Assembly (NCBI GenBank): GCA_038150305.1
Contig: JAYOTG010000001.1
Span: forward strand, 97,286 to 161,285
Direction: 5' to 3'
DNA: 64,000 nucleotides
DNA from: Candidatus Poseidoniales archaeon
Lineage (GTDB): Archaea; Thermoplasmatota; Poseidoniia; Poseidoniales; Poseidoniaceae
Positions 40,514-49,505 of the stretch are shown here, one piece after another (the first letter of the stretch is position 1; every line of letters starts with the position of its first letter). The notes beneath the pieces are model-generated. The model worked only from the letters and a program-made list of their open reading frames with translations. It ran no database searches and was not told the DNA's origin. The position numbers were made by a program, and so were the translations under genes.

Positions 40514-41749
40514 ATGAGCGCCGTCGAAACCGCCCTCATCGCCGTTGGATTGGCCGCCCTTGTGGGTGGATTGGCGTGGACCATGGCGGGCCGGAAAGCT
40601 GCGGAGGCGCGAGCGGAAGACGGTGCCAAAATCGCGCAATTGGAGGCGATGATGGCTGCAGCAGCCGGGCAAGAACAGGTCCTTGAGGACCGCATGACGG
40701 CCCTGAGCAGCCGCTTGGCCGAACAGCAGCGGAAGGACTTCCTCGACATCGCTGAGGAACGCTTCAAGCGATTGCAGAGTGAGGCTGAGAAGGAAGCAAA
40801 AGCCCAGATCACCGAAATGGAAGGGCTCGTGAAACCCATCGAAGAATCCCTTGCCACCCTCGGGGAAGCCACCCAAGCGCTTGAGGAGAAGCGCATCGGC
40901 GCCATCGCAGGGGTTGAGCGGCAAATGCAGGAGGTGGGCGCGCTCGCTTCTCGTCTCGGGACGGAAGCCAGCAACCTGTCCACGGCACTGAGGCGATCCT
41001 CTGCCGTTCGCGGCGACTGGGGAGAAGTGGCCCTCCGGAACATCCTCGAACTCGCAGGAATGAACGCCCATGCCGATTTTGAGGAACAGGCCAGCACGGA
41101 CACGGGCCGGCCAGACGTCATCGTCCACTTGCCTGGGGAGGGCGTCATCCCCATTGACGCAAAAGCGACCGCCAAGCACTACCTTGAGGCCTTGGAGGTC
41201 GAGGAAGGCCCGCACCGTGAGGCCTTGATGGATCAGCACGCGAAGGCCCTGCGTGGGCGCGTCACGGAACTGACCCGCAAGGAATACTGGAGCAGTTTCG
41301 GAGACAGGGCACAATTCGTGGTGATGTTCGTGCCGTCCGAGGCGCTCATTTCAGCGGCCTTTGACCGCGACCCTGGTCTGCACGAATGGGCGATGGACCG
41401 GCGCGTCGTCATCGCTTCACCGGCCTCGCTCATCGCCCTACTGCGCACGGTGGCGCTCACGTGGCAGCAGGTGCAATTTGCCCGACAAGCCGAGGAAATC
41501 GTCGGCACCGCGCGAGAGTTCTACGGCCGCATGGCGACATGGTCAGCCCATTTTGCCAAGGTCGGAAAAGACCTCGGCAAGGCGACGGACGCGTACAACA
41601 AAGCCGTCAGCAGCTGGGAAGGCCGTGTGCTCCCGCAAGCGCGTCGCCTAGAAGACATGCAAATTTCAGACAACACTGCGGCGCAGCTGGAGGACCTGCC
41701 AAGCGTAGACATGGCGCTCAAGGCACCGACCGTGATCGAAGACGAATGA
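40514..41749 (+). CDS. rmuC: DNA recombination protein RmuC
   Basis: N-terminal TM and coiled coil, RG.WGE..L..ILE, RPD.IV.LP....IDAK and FV.MFVP.E motifs. Confidence 0.92.
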   Translation: MSAVETALIAVGLAALVGGLAWTMAGRKAAEARAEDGAKIAQLEAMMAAAAGQEQVLEDRMTALSSRLAEQQRKDFLDIAEERFKRLQSEAEKEAKAQITEMEGLVKPIEESLATLGEATQALEEKRIGAIAGVERQMQEVGALASRLGTEASNLSTALRRSSAVRGDWGEVALRNILELAGMNAHADFEEQASTDTGRPDVIVHLPGEGVIPIDAKATAKHYLEALEVEEGPHREALMDQHAKALRGRVTELTRKEYWSSFGDRAQFVVMFVPSEALISAAFDRDPGLHEWAMDRRVVIASPASLIALLRTVALTWQQVQFARQAEEIVGTAREFYGRMATWSAHFAKVGKDLGKATDAYNKAVSSWEGRVLPQARRLEDMQISDNTAAQLEDLPSVDMALKAPTVIEDE

Positions 41750-41983
41750 TCAGCCGTTCAACACAAAGTAGGCGAGCATGCCGAGCGCAATGATGCTCCC
41801 CCCAATGCTGACACCGATGAGGATCTTCATGTCACGCTGGTGACCCTTGTCCGACCAGATTTCTGTGAATCCACAGGATTTGCAACGGTAGAAATTGCCC
41901 GCCGTCAGGTTCCCCCACGAGCCAGGGCTGTTGATTTTGATGTCCGTGCTCTGGCACTTTGGACAGACACCGCTGTTCTTCAT
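41750..41983 (-). CDS. Small zinc-ribbon protein with C-terminal TM helix
   Basis: CPKC...C.SCG.TE followed by a hydrophobic helix. Confidence 0.7.
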   Translation of the reverse strand: MKNSGVCPKCQSTDIKINSPGSWGNLTAGNFYRCKSCGFTEIWSDKGHQRDMKILIGVSIGGSIIALGMLAYFVLNG

Positions 41984-42021
41984 GGCCTGAATGGCGACAA
42001 GAGGGGACAAGAAGGTCACTA

Positions 42022-43173
42022 TCAGGCACCGTGCACGCGCATGACCCGTGTGGTTCTGAAGCCCTGCAGCACCTTCACGAAGCGACGCTCAAGGAAGGTG
42101 GCGTCGAGGTCAGCGGAGCCCGTATCGATACGCAGCGACGACAAACCGAGCAATTTCGACGGCGTGGCCACCGCCAGCAGATGATCAAGGCCGATGGCCA
42201 GCAGAACATCGGGCGACAGCTGCAGGTTCCCTCGCCCAATGAGGAAGCCTTGGCCGCCCATGGGTGAGAGCAGGAGCACCCGCGGCCCTTCATGGGCCCG
42301 AATCACGTCGAGCAACGCGGCCTCATCGAGGTCCGCATGCACCTTTCCGGCGTGCACCACGTCGATGCCGAGCAGCGTCAGGTCGAGATCGAGATGCCGC
42401 CCAATGGTCCGCAGCGTGCCGCCGCTGCCCCAGACGACCATGAGGTCCTCCTCTTCCATCAGCAGGCGGACGTGCTCGGCCATGCCTTCGATGGTGTCTT
42501 CTTCGGACTCACGCTCGACCTGTTCCTTGGCGCCCTGCATGAAGCGTGGGCTGGCCGGCGTCCACGCTTCACCGTACATCCGAACGCGCCATTCCCCCTT
42601 CAGGTAGACCTCTTCGTCGAGGTCCATCACTTCAGTCAGGGCCGTCCGCAAATCGCCTTGGGCGAAGGCCATCAACACCTCGGCGGCAGCCGTCGGCGTG
42701 GTCGCAAAGCAACCGCTGTGCATCTTGACGCCACCGGGCACGCCGATGAGCGGGGTCGTGGCCGCTTCCTCACCGAGCCGGCCGAGGGCCTCGACGATGT
42801 CGCGGGTCGTGCCGTCGCCGCCCGCATAGAGCACCGCATCGACACCCGCTGAAAGCAGCTCGCCAACCAACTCGGCGGTTGAGGCGGCGCTGGTCGTGTC
42901 GGGCGTGGTCCCAATCGCATCGAAGGACGCGCCATCGGCGAGCCAGGCATCGCCCATGCGCCCGGTCCAGCCGACAAAGGTGGGATTCAGTTTGGTGCGG
43001 TTCAGCGGCGAGGCCAAGAGGTCGGCAAAGGCGCGCAGCGCCTCATTCATCCTCGGACCGGCGCGATCCTCTGCGCCCGCTGCGCGCGCTTCGGCCGCTC
43101 GCCCGTCGCTGCCCTTGAAGGCGAGACGGCCGCCCAAGCCGGCGTCAGGATTGACGACCAGACCGATGCGCAT
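42022..43173 (-). CDS. ATP-NAD/AcoX kinase family protein
   Basis: NP.AG.GG...KGSDG, GGDGT.RD, GVKMHSG and GGQGF..GRGN.QLS motifs. Confidence 0.88.
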   Translation of the reverse strand: MRIGLVVNPDAGLGGRLAFKGSDGRAAEARAAGAEDRAGPRMNEALRAFADLLASPLNRTKLNPTFVGWTGRMGDAWLADGASFDAIGTTPDTTSAASTAELVGELLSAGVDAVLYAGGDGTTRDIVEALGRLGEEAATTPLIGVPGGVKMHSGCFATTPTAAAEVLMAFAQGDLRTALTEVMDLDEEVYLKGEWRVRMYGEAWTPASPRFMQGAKEQVERESEEDTIEGMAEHVRLLMEEEDLMVVWGSGGTLRTIGRHLDLDLTLLGIDVVHAGKVHADLDEAALLDVIRAHEGPRVLLLSPMGGQGFLIGRGNLQLSPDVLLAIGLDHLLAVATPSKLLGLSSLRIDTGSADLDATFLERRFVKVLQGFRTTRVMRVHGA

Positions 43174-43256
43174 GGTCAGCGGAACGGTGGGGACCTCATC
43201 AAGGTCCGCTCGGAACCAGCGCCATCTTCATCGCGCTCCTGCGCTCTGCATAGAAC

Positions 43257-43547
43257 ATGGAGCGACGCCATCCCGACGACACCACACCACGGGTGGAGGA
43301 CCTGTTCGCTGCAGGCATCGCGGAGATGCAGGCGGCCCCAAAAGCCCCGGTGGCCGAGCAAAAAGCGGAGACGCCTCCGGAGCCGGCGCCCTCGCCAACA
43401 CCGGTCAACTACACGGGCGGCACGCAAGCGAAGGCCGCGGACGTCATGCACGTGGAAGGGCGTGAACCTCGCGCTTCGGCCCCGAAGGTCGACCTTGTCG
43501 CTCGACCAACCGTGGACCTCGCGGACGACGACGATATCGCGTGGTGA
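43257..43547 (+). CDS. Small acidic hypothetical protein
   Basis: Fills the gap before thrS with plausible codon usage. It is low-complexity (Pro/Ala) and ends DDDDIAW. Confidence 0.5.
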   Translation: MERRHPDDTTPRVEDLFAAGIAEMQAAPKAPVAEQKAETPPEPAPSPTPVNYTGGTQAKAADVMHVEGREPRASAPKVDLVARPTVDLADDDDIAW

Positions 43548-43606
43548 GCCGTTCAGCGACGGACGGTTCAAGTGGTCGAGCCCGACCCCAAAGCCGAGGG
43601 AGTACC

Positions 43607-45598
43607 ATGGCGATGGTCCACGTCACGTTGCCCGACGGCACCGTCAACGAGTACGCGGCAGGCATCACCGCAGGTGAAGTTGTCACCGACGCCCTTGGCC
43701 GCAAGCACGGCTGCGTGGCGGCGACGGTCAACGGTGTCGAGCGCGACCTGTCCACCGCGCTTCATGAGGACTGCAACGTCACCGGTATCGCTGGGGACAG
43801 CGACGCGGGCATGCACATCCTCCGCCACTCGGCCGCCCACCTGTTGGCCCAAGCGGTCACCGCGCTCTACCCCGACGCCAAGCCGACCATCGGCCCCGCC
43901 ATCGATCGCGGCTTCTACTACGATTTCGCCATGGAGCCGATTGGTGAAGGCGACCTCAAGGCGATTCAGAAGAAAATGCACGAGATCGCCCGCCGCAACC
44001 ACACGGTGGAACGCGTGGAGCTGGACGAGGACGACCTGCGCGAGCACTTCGCCCACAACCCGTACAAGATCGAAATCATCGACGACAAACTCGAGGACGG
44101 CGACGGCTCGACCATCTACCGCCAAGGCGACTGGTACGACCTCTGCCTTGGCCCGCACGTGCCCACCACGGCGACGCTCATGCACGTGCGCTTGACCTCG
44201 GTGTCCACCGCCTACTGGCGTGGTGACCAAGACCGCGAACAACTCGTCCGCATCTACGGCCTGGTCGAGCCCTCGAAGGAGGCGCTGAAGGCGACCCTCG
44301 CACGCCTCGAGGAAGCGAAGAAGCGCGACCATCGCAAGTTGGGCAAGGAATTGCGGCTCTTCCACGTGGACGAAGAGGTCGGCCAAGGCCTCATCCTCTG
44401 GACGCCGCGCGGCGCCGTCATCCGCCAAGAACTCCAGGACTTCATCAGCCACCACCTGCGAAGGCAGGGCTACAGCCAAGTGTTCACGCCGAACATCGGC
44501 AAGCTCGACCTCTACCGCACGTCGGGCCACTTCCCCTACTACCAGGACAGCCAGTACCCGCCCTTGGTCGAACGCGACCTGATGAAGCGGCTCTCCGATG
44601 AGGGCTGCACCTGCGGCGAGTTGTCGAACATGATGTCCGCCGGCGACATCGAAGGCTACCTGCTCAAGCCGATGAACTGCCCGCACCACGTGAAGATCTA
44701 CGCCTCACAAGCCCGCTCCTACCGCGATTTGCCGCTGCGCTTGGCCGAATTTGGCACGGTGTACCGCTGGGAACAGTCGGGCGAAATCTCGGGCATGACC
44801 CGGGTGCGTGGCTTCACCCAAGACGATGCGCACCTGTTCGTGACCGAGGACCAAATCGCGCAGGAAGTGCTGGGCTGCATCGAACTGGTGCAGATCATCT
44901 TCGGCACGCTCGGCATGGAGGACTACCGCGTTCGCGTGGGCCTTCGCGACCCCGACTCCACGAAGTACGTTGGCGACCCCGCCCGCTGGGACAAGGCCGA
45001 GCAAGCCTGCCGTGACGCAGCGGAAAGCCTCGGCGTGGCCTGGACCGAGGAGCCCGGTGAAGCCGCCTTCTACGGACCCAAGATCGACTTCGTGGTCAAG
45101 GACGTCATCGGACGCGAATGGCAACTCGGCACCGTTCAGGTGGACTACAACCTGCCCGAGCGCTTCGACTTGACCTACAAGGGAAGCGACGGCGAGATGC
45201 ACCGCCCGGTGATGATTCATCGCGCACCTTTCGGGTCGATGGAGCGCTTCGTCGGCGTGCTCATCGAGCACTTCGCTGGCATGTTCCCCACATGGCTCTC
45301 GCCCACGCAGGTCCACATGCTGACCATTTCCGAGAAGCACGCCGCCTACGCGGCCGAACTCGCGGCTGACCTGCGCGAGGCCGGCGTCCGTGTTCAGGTG
45401 GACGACAGCGACGACACCATCGGCAAGAAGTTGCGCACACACCGCAAGATGCGCCCGGCCTACCTGCTCATCCTCGGCGAGTCCGAAGTGGAAGGGCGGA
45501 CCGTGACCTACCTTGGTCCGGACCGTGAAGAGCACAAGGGCGTGCCCTTCGATGAGTTCCGAAACGCACTCCTTGAGGAAATCAGCGAGCGCCGCTGA
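43607..45598 (+). CDS. thrS: Threonine--tRNA ligase, bacterial type
   Basis: TGS domain, RHS.AH, DLC.GPH, RDHRKLG, KPMNCP, RVRGFTQDDAH, AFYGPKID and HRA..GS.ERF motifs. Confidence 0.97.
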   Translation: MAMVHVTLPDGTVNEYAAGITAGEVVTDALGRKHGCVAATVNGVERDLSTALHEDCNVTGIAGDSDAGMHILRHSAAHLLAQAVTALYPDAKPTIGPAIDRGFYYDFAMEPIGEGDLKAIQKKMHEIARRNHTVERVELDEDDLREHFAHNPYKIEIIDDKLEDGDGSTIYRQGDWYDLCLGPHVPTTATLMHVRLTSVSTAYWRGDQDREQLVRIYGLVEPSKEALKATLARLEEAKKRDHRKLGKELRLFHVDEEVGQGLILWTPRGAVIRQELQDFISHHLRRQGYSQVFTPNIGKLDLYRTSGHFPYYQDSQYPPLVERDLMKRLSDEGCTCGELSNMMSAGDIEGYLLKPMNCPHHVKIYASQARSYRDLPLRLAEFGTVYRWEQSGEISGMTRVRGFTQDDAHLFVTEDQIAQEVLGCIELVQIIFGTLGMEDYRVRVGLRDPDSTKYVGDPARWDKAEQACRDAAESLGVAWTEEPGEAAFYGPKIDFVVKDVIGREWQLGTVQVDYNLPERFDLTYKGSDGEMHRPVMIHRAPFGSMERFVGVLIEHFAGMFPTWLSPTQVHMLTISEKHAAYAAELAADLREAGVRVQVDDSDDTIGKKLRTHRKMRPAYLLILGESEVEGRTVTYLGPDREEHKGVPFDEFRNALLEEISERR

Positions 45599-45634
45599 AT
45601 AATAATACTCATTAAATATCTAATATCCAGCCCA
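45596..45634 (+). promoter_or_regulatory. AT-rich promoter/putative metalloregulator operator of the metal ABC operon
   Basis: TGAATAATAATACTCATTAAATATCTAATAT is the most AT-rich stretch seen in the window and contains an imperfect inverted repeat, TGAAT-N6-ACTCA. Confidence 0.5.
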
Positions 45635-47569
45635 ATGGCCATGAACCTGCAGACGACAAAGCCTCTGCTCCTTGCCCTGATGCTGATCGCCTCAAGCCTT
45701 GCCGGATGCCTCGGCAACGCCGACGAAGATGACGGGCTTGGCACCGTCATGGTCTCCACGTATCACGTCCAGCAACTCGCTGAAGCCGTTGGTGGTGACC
45801 TTGTTGACGTGCAACTCCTCAGTCCGTCCAACATCCCCGTCCACGACTACGAGCCCACCCCGGCCGACGTGGTGACGCTCAGTTCGGCAGACCTCTTCCT
45901 CTACCACGGACTCGGTCTGGAAAACTGGGTTGACGCCACGCTTGACTCGATGGGCTTCTCTGCCCCGAAGGCCGTGTCCACCCATGCCATGCCAGACGGC
46001 GACATCGCTTTGGAATTCGAGGCGATCCTCATCGCCGACCTGTGCGAGCACCTCAACGAAGGCCCCTACGAAGCGACGAACCTCACCGCCGAGGAAGAAG
46101 AGCACGAGGAGCACGAAGAAGACCACCACGTGGTCGTGATCCATTACCCCGACAACACGTCCGTCACCCTCGAACACGAGGGCGCGAACGAGAACTGGTC
46201 GGGTTGGAACCTGACCTACCGCACCCTTGGCGACAACAACATCACCCTGAACGCGACGCTTGACCCAACCTTTGGACACATGGTCACCAGCATTGGCGGT
46301 GTCGAAGCCGACGCCTCGTGGTACTGGTCCCTCCACCTGTGGAACGAGACCGGGAACCACTGGGAGGTCAGCCAGGTCGGCATCGATGACGTGATGCTGA
46401 ACGAGACCGAACACATCGCTTGGGCGCCCTCCACCGTGAACCACACGATGATCGCTGAACCACATCACGACGAAGAAGAGCATGAAGAGCACGACCACCA
46501 CGAAGGTCACGACCATCACATGGCTGAGGAAAGCATCGACAGCCCGGAGGCTTGTCCTGCGGAGACGATGATTCACATCTACGGCCTGGAAGAAGGCGAG
46601 CACGTCCTCGAATTCGAAGCCACGGACATCGAAACCTTCGACCTTGTCGTGCTGAAGATGGGTGGCGCTCACGCCCACCATGACCATGGCGAGGACGACC
46701 ATGATGACCACAGCGACGCCGACCACGGCGACGACGACCATGACGACCACGGCGACGAAGGCCCCGAAATCCATGCGGAGCACGTGGCCCACCGCCTCTC
46801 CTTCCCTGAGCACGATGAGCACGAATCAGACGACGACCATGGCAACGAGACTCACGTCGAGCACGGCATGATCACGCTGCACATCGAGGCCGGAGGCGAC
46901 TACGGCTTCGCTCTGCCACACGACGTCACCATGCACCTGCTCAAGGGCGAAGGCCACGATGACCACGGTGACGACGACCACGACGAGCATGGTGACGACG
47001 ACCACGACGAGCATGGCGACGACGACCACGATGACCATGGCGATGAAGAAGCGCGCTTCGACCCGCACAGCTGGCTCGACCCCCTTGCCTTCCACGCCCA
47101 GGTCAAGGTGGTCCGTGACGCGATGATCGAAGCCTTCCCCGAGGGTGAAAACACCTTTACCGCCAACGCCGAAGCCTACATGGCTGAGCTTGTTGAATTG
47201 GACCAAGGATTCACCGCGCTTAGCGGGTGTGCCCTCGATGAGGTCGCGGCCAACCACAACGCGTACACCTACATGGCTGAACGCTACGACCTCGAATTTG
47301 TGACCGTGCACGGCCTTGACCCAGAAGGCGAGCCTTCTGCGGCCGACATCGAGAAGGTCATCGATAAGATCGAAGACAAGGGCATTGAGTACTTCTTCAT
47401 CGAGGAATACACCGACGAGGACGCCGTCGCTTCAATCGTTGACGAGGCCAACGGCGTCACGGTGCTGACCCTGTACACCATGGAAATGGCGCCTAAGAGC
47501 AGCGAGGACAACTACCTCACGCTCATGCAAAAGAACCTGGACAACCTCAAGTCCGGGCTCGGGTGCTGA
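45635..47569 (+). CDS. znuA: Zn/Mn ABC transporter substrate-binding lipoprotein (ZnuA family) with large His-rich/DUF4430 insertion
   Basis: Lipobox LAGC, HDYEPTP, DPHSWLDP, H.AY.Y...RY and EPS..D motifs. Confidence 0.88.
   Translation: MAMNLQTTKPLLLALMLIASSLAGCLGNADEDDGLGTVMVSTYHVQQLAEAVGGDLVDVQLLSPSNIPVHDYEPTPADVVTLSSADLFLYHGLGLENWVDATLDSMGFSAPKAVSTHAMPDGDIALEFEAILIADLCEHLNEGPYEATNLTAEEEEHEEHEEDHHVVVIHYPDNTSVTLEHEGANENWSGWNLTYRTLGDNNITLNATLDPTFGHMVTSIGGVEADASWYWSLHLWNETGNHWEVSQVGIDDVMLNETEHIAWAPSTVNHTMIAEPHHDEEEHEEHDHHEGHDHHMAEESIDSPEACPAETMIHIYGLEEGEHVLEFEATDIETFDLVVLKMGGAHAHHDHGEDDHDDHSDADHGDDDHDDHGDEGPEIHAEHVAHRLSFPEHDEHESDDDHGNETHVEHGMITLHIEAGGDYGFALPHDVTMHLLKGEGHDDHGDDDHDEHGDDDHDEHGDDDHDDHGDEEARFDPHSWLDPLAFHAQVKVVRDAMIEAFPEGENTFTANAEAYMAELVELDQGFTALSGCALDEVAANHNAYTYMAERYDLEFVTVHGLDPEGEPSAADIEKVIDKIEDKGIEYFFIEEYTDEDAVASIVDEANGVTVLTLYTMEMAPKSSEDNYLTLMQKNLDNLKSGLGC
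46955..47050 (+). repeat. 4 x 24-bp imperfect tandem repeat encoding HD(D/E)HGD(D/E)(D/E)
   Basis: Units start at 46955, 46979, 47003 and 47027 (cacgaYgaVcaYggYgaYgaNgaN). Confidence 0.85.
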
Positions 47570-47625
47570 TTCCTGCAAGCAGGGCCAAATACACCCCCGG
47601 ACGGTCGCGGTCTGAAGGTGGAGCC

Positions 47626-48492
47626 ATGAGCAAAGGCGAGCCAATCATCTCCGTAAAGGACCTGAAGGTCCAACGCGGAGGGGCCGTGGTCCTCGAAGGC
47701 GTCAATCTGGACATCCATGAGGGAGACTTTGTTGGTCTGTCAGGCCCAAACGGGAGCGGCAAGTCAACGCTGCTCATGACCATCATCGGTGAATTGGAGC
47801 CTACGGCTGGCAGCGTCAAGGTGTACGGCGCTCCACCCGGGTCAAAGGCGTCCCAAGGCCGCCTCGCATGGGTGTCTCAAGCTGCTGCTCAACTCCCAAC
47901 GAACCTGCGGATTTCCGTGCGTGAATTGGTGGCCCTTGGTGCCCTGAAACCGACGGACGTAGACCCGCTCGGTAGGTCTCTTGTGTTGGAGATGATCGAT
48001 ACTGTGTTTCTCGGGGCACTCAGTTTCTTCATCACCGGAGCGCTCAATCTTGTTGGAATCGGACGCCAGGAACAGCGAGAGCGCGTTGAGAAGGCCATCC
48101 AATTGGTCGGTCTGGAAGACGTGGCTGAACGTGACGTGAACCGCTTGTCCGGCGGCCAAAAGCAGCGCGCTGTCGTTGCCCGAGGCCTCGCCACGGAGGC
48201 CGACGTGCTCATCCTCGACGAACCCTTGGCGGGCGTCGATCGTGCATCACGCGACGACTTCCTGAGGCTTCTCGATCGGCTGTGCAGGGAGGAAGGCAAG
48301 ACCCTGCTGATGGTCACGCACGACCAAACGGCCATCCACCAATGCACCCATTGCGCCATTTGCATCGACGGCAACGTTCAGTTCGACGACGATCACACGA
48401 GTGCCCCGGCCGTTCTGCAGGTCGAATCGTTGTCCATTGAGGCGACCTACCCCACCAGCTCATGGGACAAAGACGCCAAGGAGGGAGCATGA
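47626..48492 (+). CDS. znuC: Metal ABC transporter ATP-binding protein
   Basis: GPNGSGKST, LSGGQKQR, ILDEP and VTHD motifs. Confidence 0.9.
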   Translation: MSKGEPIISVKDLKVQRGGAVVLEGVNLDIHEGDFVGLSGPNGSGKSTLLMTIIGELEPTAGSVKVYGAPPGSKASQGRLAWVSQAAAQLPTNLRISVRELVALGALKPTDVDPLGRSLVLEMIDTVFLGALSFFITGALNLVGIGRQEQRERVEKAIQLVGLEDVAERDVNRLSGGQKQRAVVARGLATEADVLILDEPLAGVDRASRDDFLRLLDRLCREEGKTLLMVTHDQTAIHQCTHCAICIDGNVQFDDDHTSAPAVLQVESLSIEATYPTSSWDKDAKEGA

Positions 48493-49439
48493 TGGGACTT
48501 GGGACCGGTCTTCACCATCTGTTGAACCATCCGAGGTTTCCCGTGTTGGAAACGCTTGGCGTGTTGATGCCCGGAGAGGTCTTCCCTGCCTTTTTTGAGA
48601 TGGAAATGCTCCAACGCGCGCTCATTGCTTCGGTGCTTGTGACCGTCGTCGCAGGCCTGTTCGGCAGTTACCTCATGCTGCGCAACCTTTCGCTCATCGG
48701 CGACGGCTTGGCTCACGTCTCGTTCGGTGGCGTGGCTGTGGGGGTGACCCTCGGCTCTGTGGCTCCGTTGTGGTACGCCTTGTTGTTCAGCAGCGTGGCG
48801 TCCATCGTGATCTATGAATTGCAGAGCAGAGACATCGTCGCGGGAGACACCTCCATCGCCATCTTCCTGACCGGCATGCTGGCCTTTGGACTGGTGGTGC
48901 TCCGCCTGTTCGGACAAGGCATCACCACGGACATCGAGGGGTACTTGTTCGGGAGTCTCGTCCTGATTGACACCAACAGCCTCGACCTCATCGTGACCAT
49001 CTGTGTGATTGCGCTCGCTGGGTTGGCCGTCTTCCACCGTGGCCTGCTGGCCATCACCGTCGACAGCGTGGCCGCACGTGTGCAAGGCCTCCCGGTCCAT
49101 CTCATCGGCTTGTGGTTCAGCCTCACCGTTGCTTGGGTGGTGGTGAGCATGGTGCAGGTGATTGGGGCCCTTCTGGTGACGGCCTTGCTGGTCACACCTG
49201 CGGCCACAGGACAATTGGTCGGCAAAAGCTTCCGTGGCTGCATGATGTGGACCCAAGCCTTCGGTTTGACCTCGACCTTGCTGGGCTTGTTTTTGTCTGC
49301 GGAACTCAACACCGGCAGCGGCTCGATGATCGCCTTGGTGGCCGCCATGCTCTTTGCCACCGTTGGCCTTCTGAAGTTGCTCTCCAGCCAACTCCCAGCC
49401 TTTGAAGCATCACCCGAGTCGGAAGAGGCTCAGGGGTGA
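48489..49439 (+). CDS. znuB: Metal ABC transporter permease
   Basis: S.IGDGLAHVSF.G, YLFGS, GALLV.ALL.TPAA and SG..I motifs. Confidence 0.9.
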   Translation: MMGLGTGLHHLLNHPRFPVLETLGVLMPGEVFPAFFEMEMLQRALIASVLVTVVAGLFGSYLMLRNLSLIGDGLAHVSFGGVAVGVTLGSVAPLWYALLFSSVASIVIYELQSRDIVAGDTSIAIFLTGMLAFGLVVLRLFGQGITTDIEGYLFGSLVLIDTNSLDLIVTICVIALAGLAVFHRGLLAITVDSVAARVQGLPVHLIGLWFSLTVAWVVVSMVQVIGALLVTALLVTPAATGQLVGKSFRGCMMWTQAFGLTSTLLGLFLSAELNTGSGSMIALVAAMLFATVGLLKLLSSQLPAFEASPESEEAQG

Positions 49440-49505
49440 AGTGAACCACCTCACCGCGCCTGATAGAAAACGTCGCTTGAAAAGCGCAAACCTTCGCGTC
49501 GGTGT

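Noticed and set aside
46676-47050. Short repeats resembling a CRISPR array
   Set aside because: They are in-frame coding repeats for His/Asp tracts with no unique spacers, and no cas genes are present.
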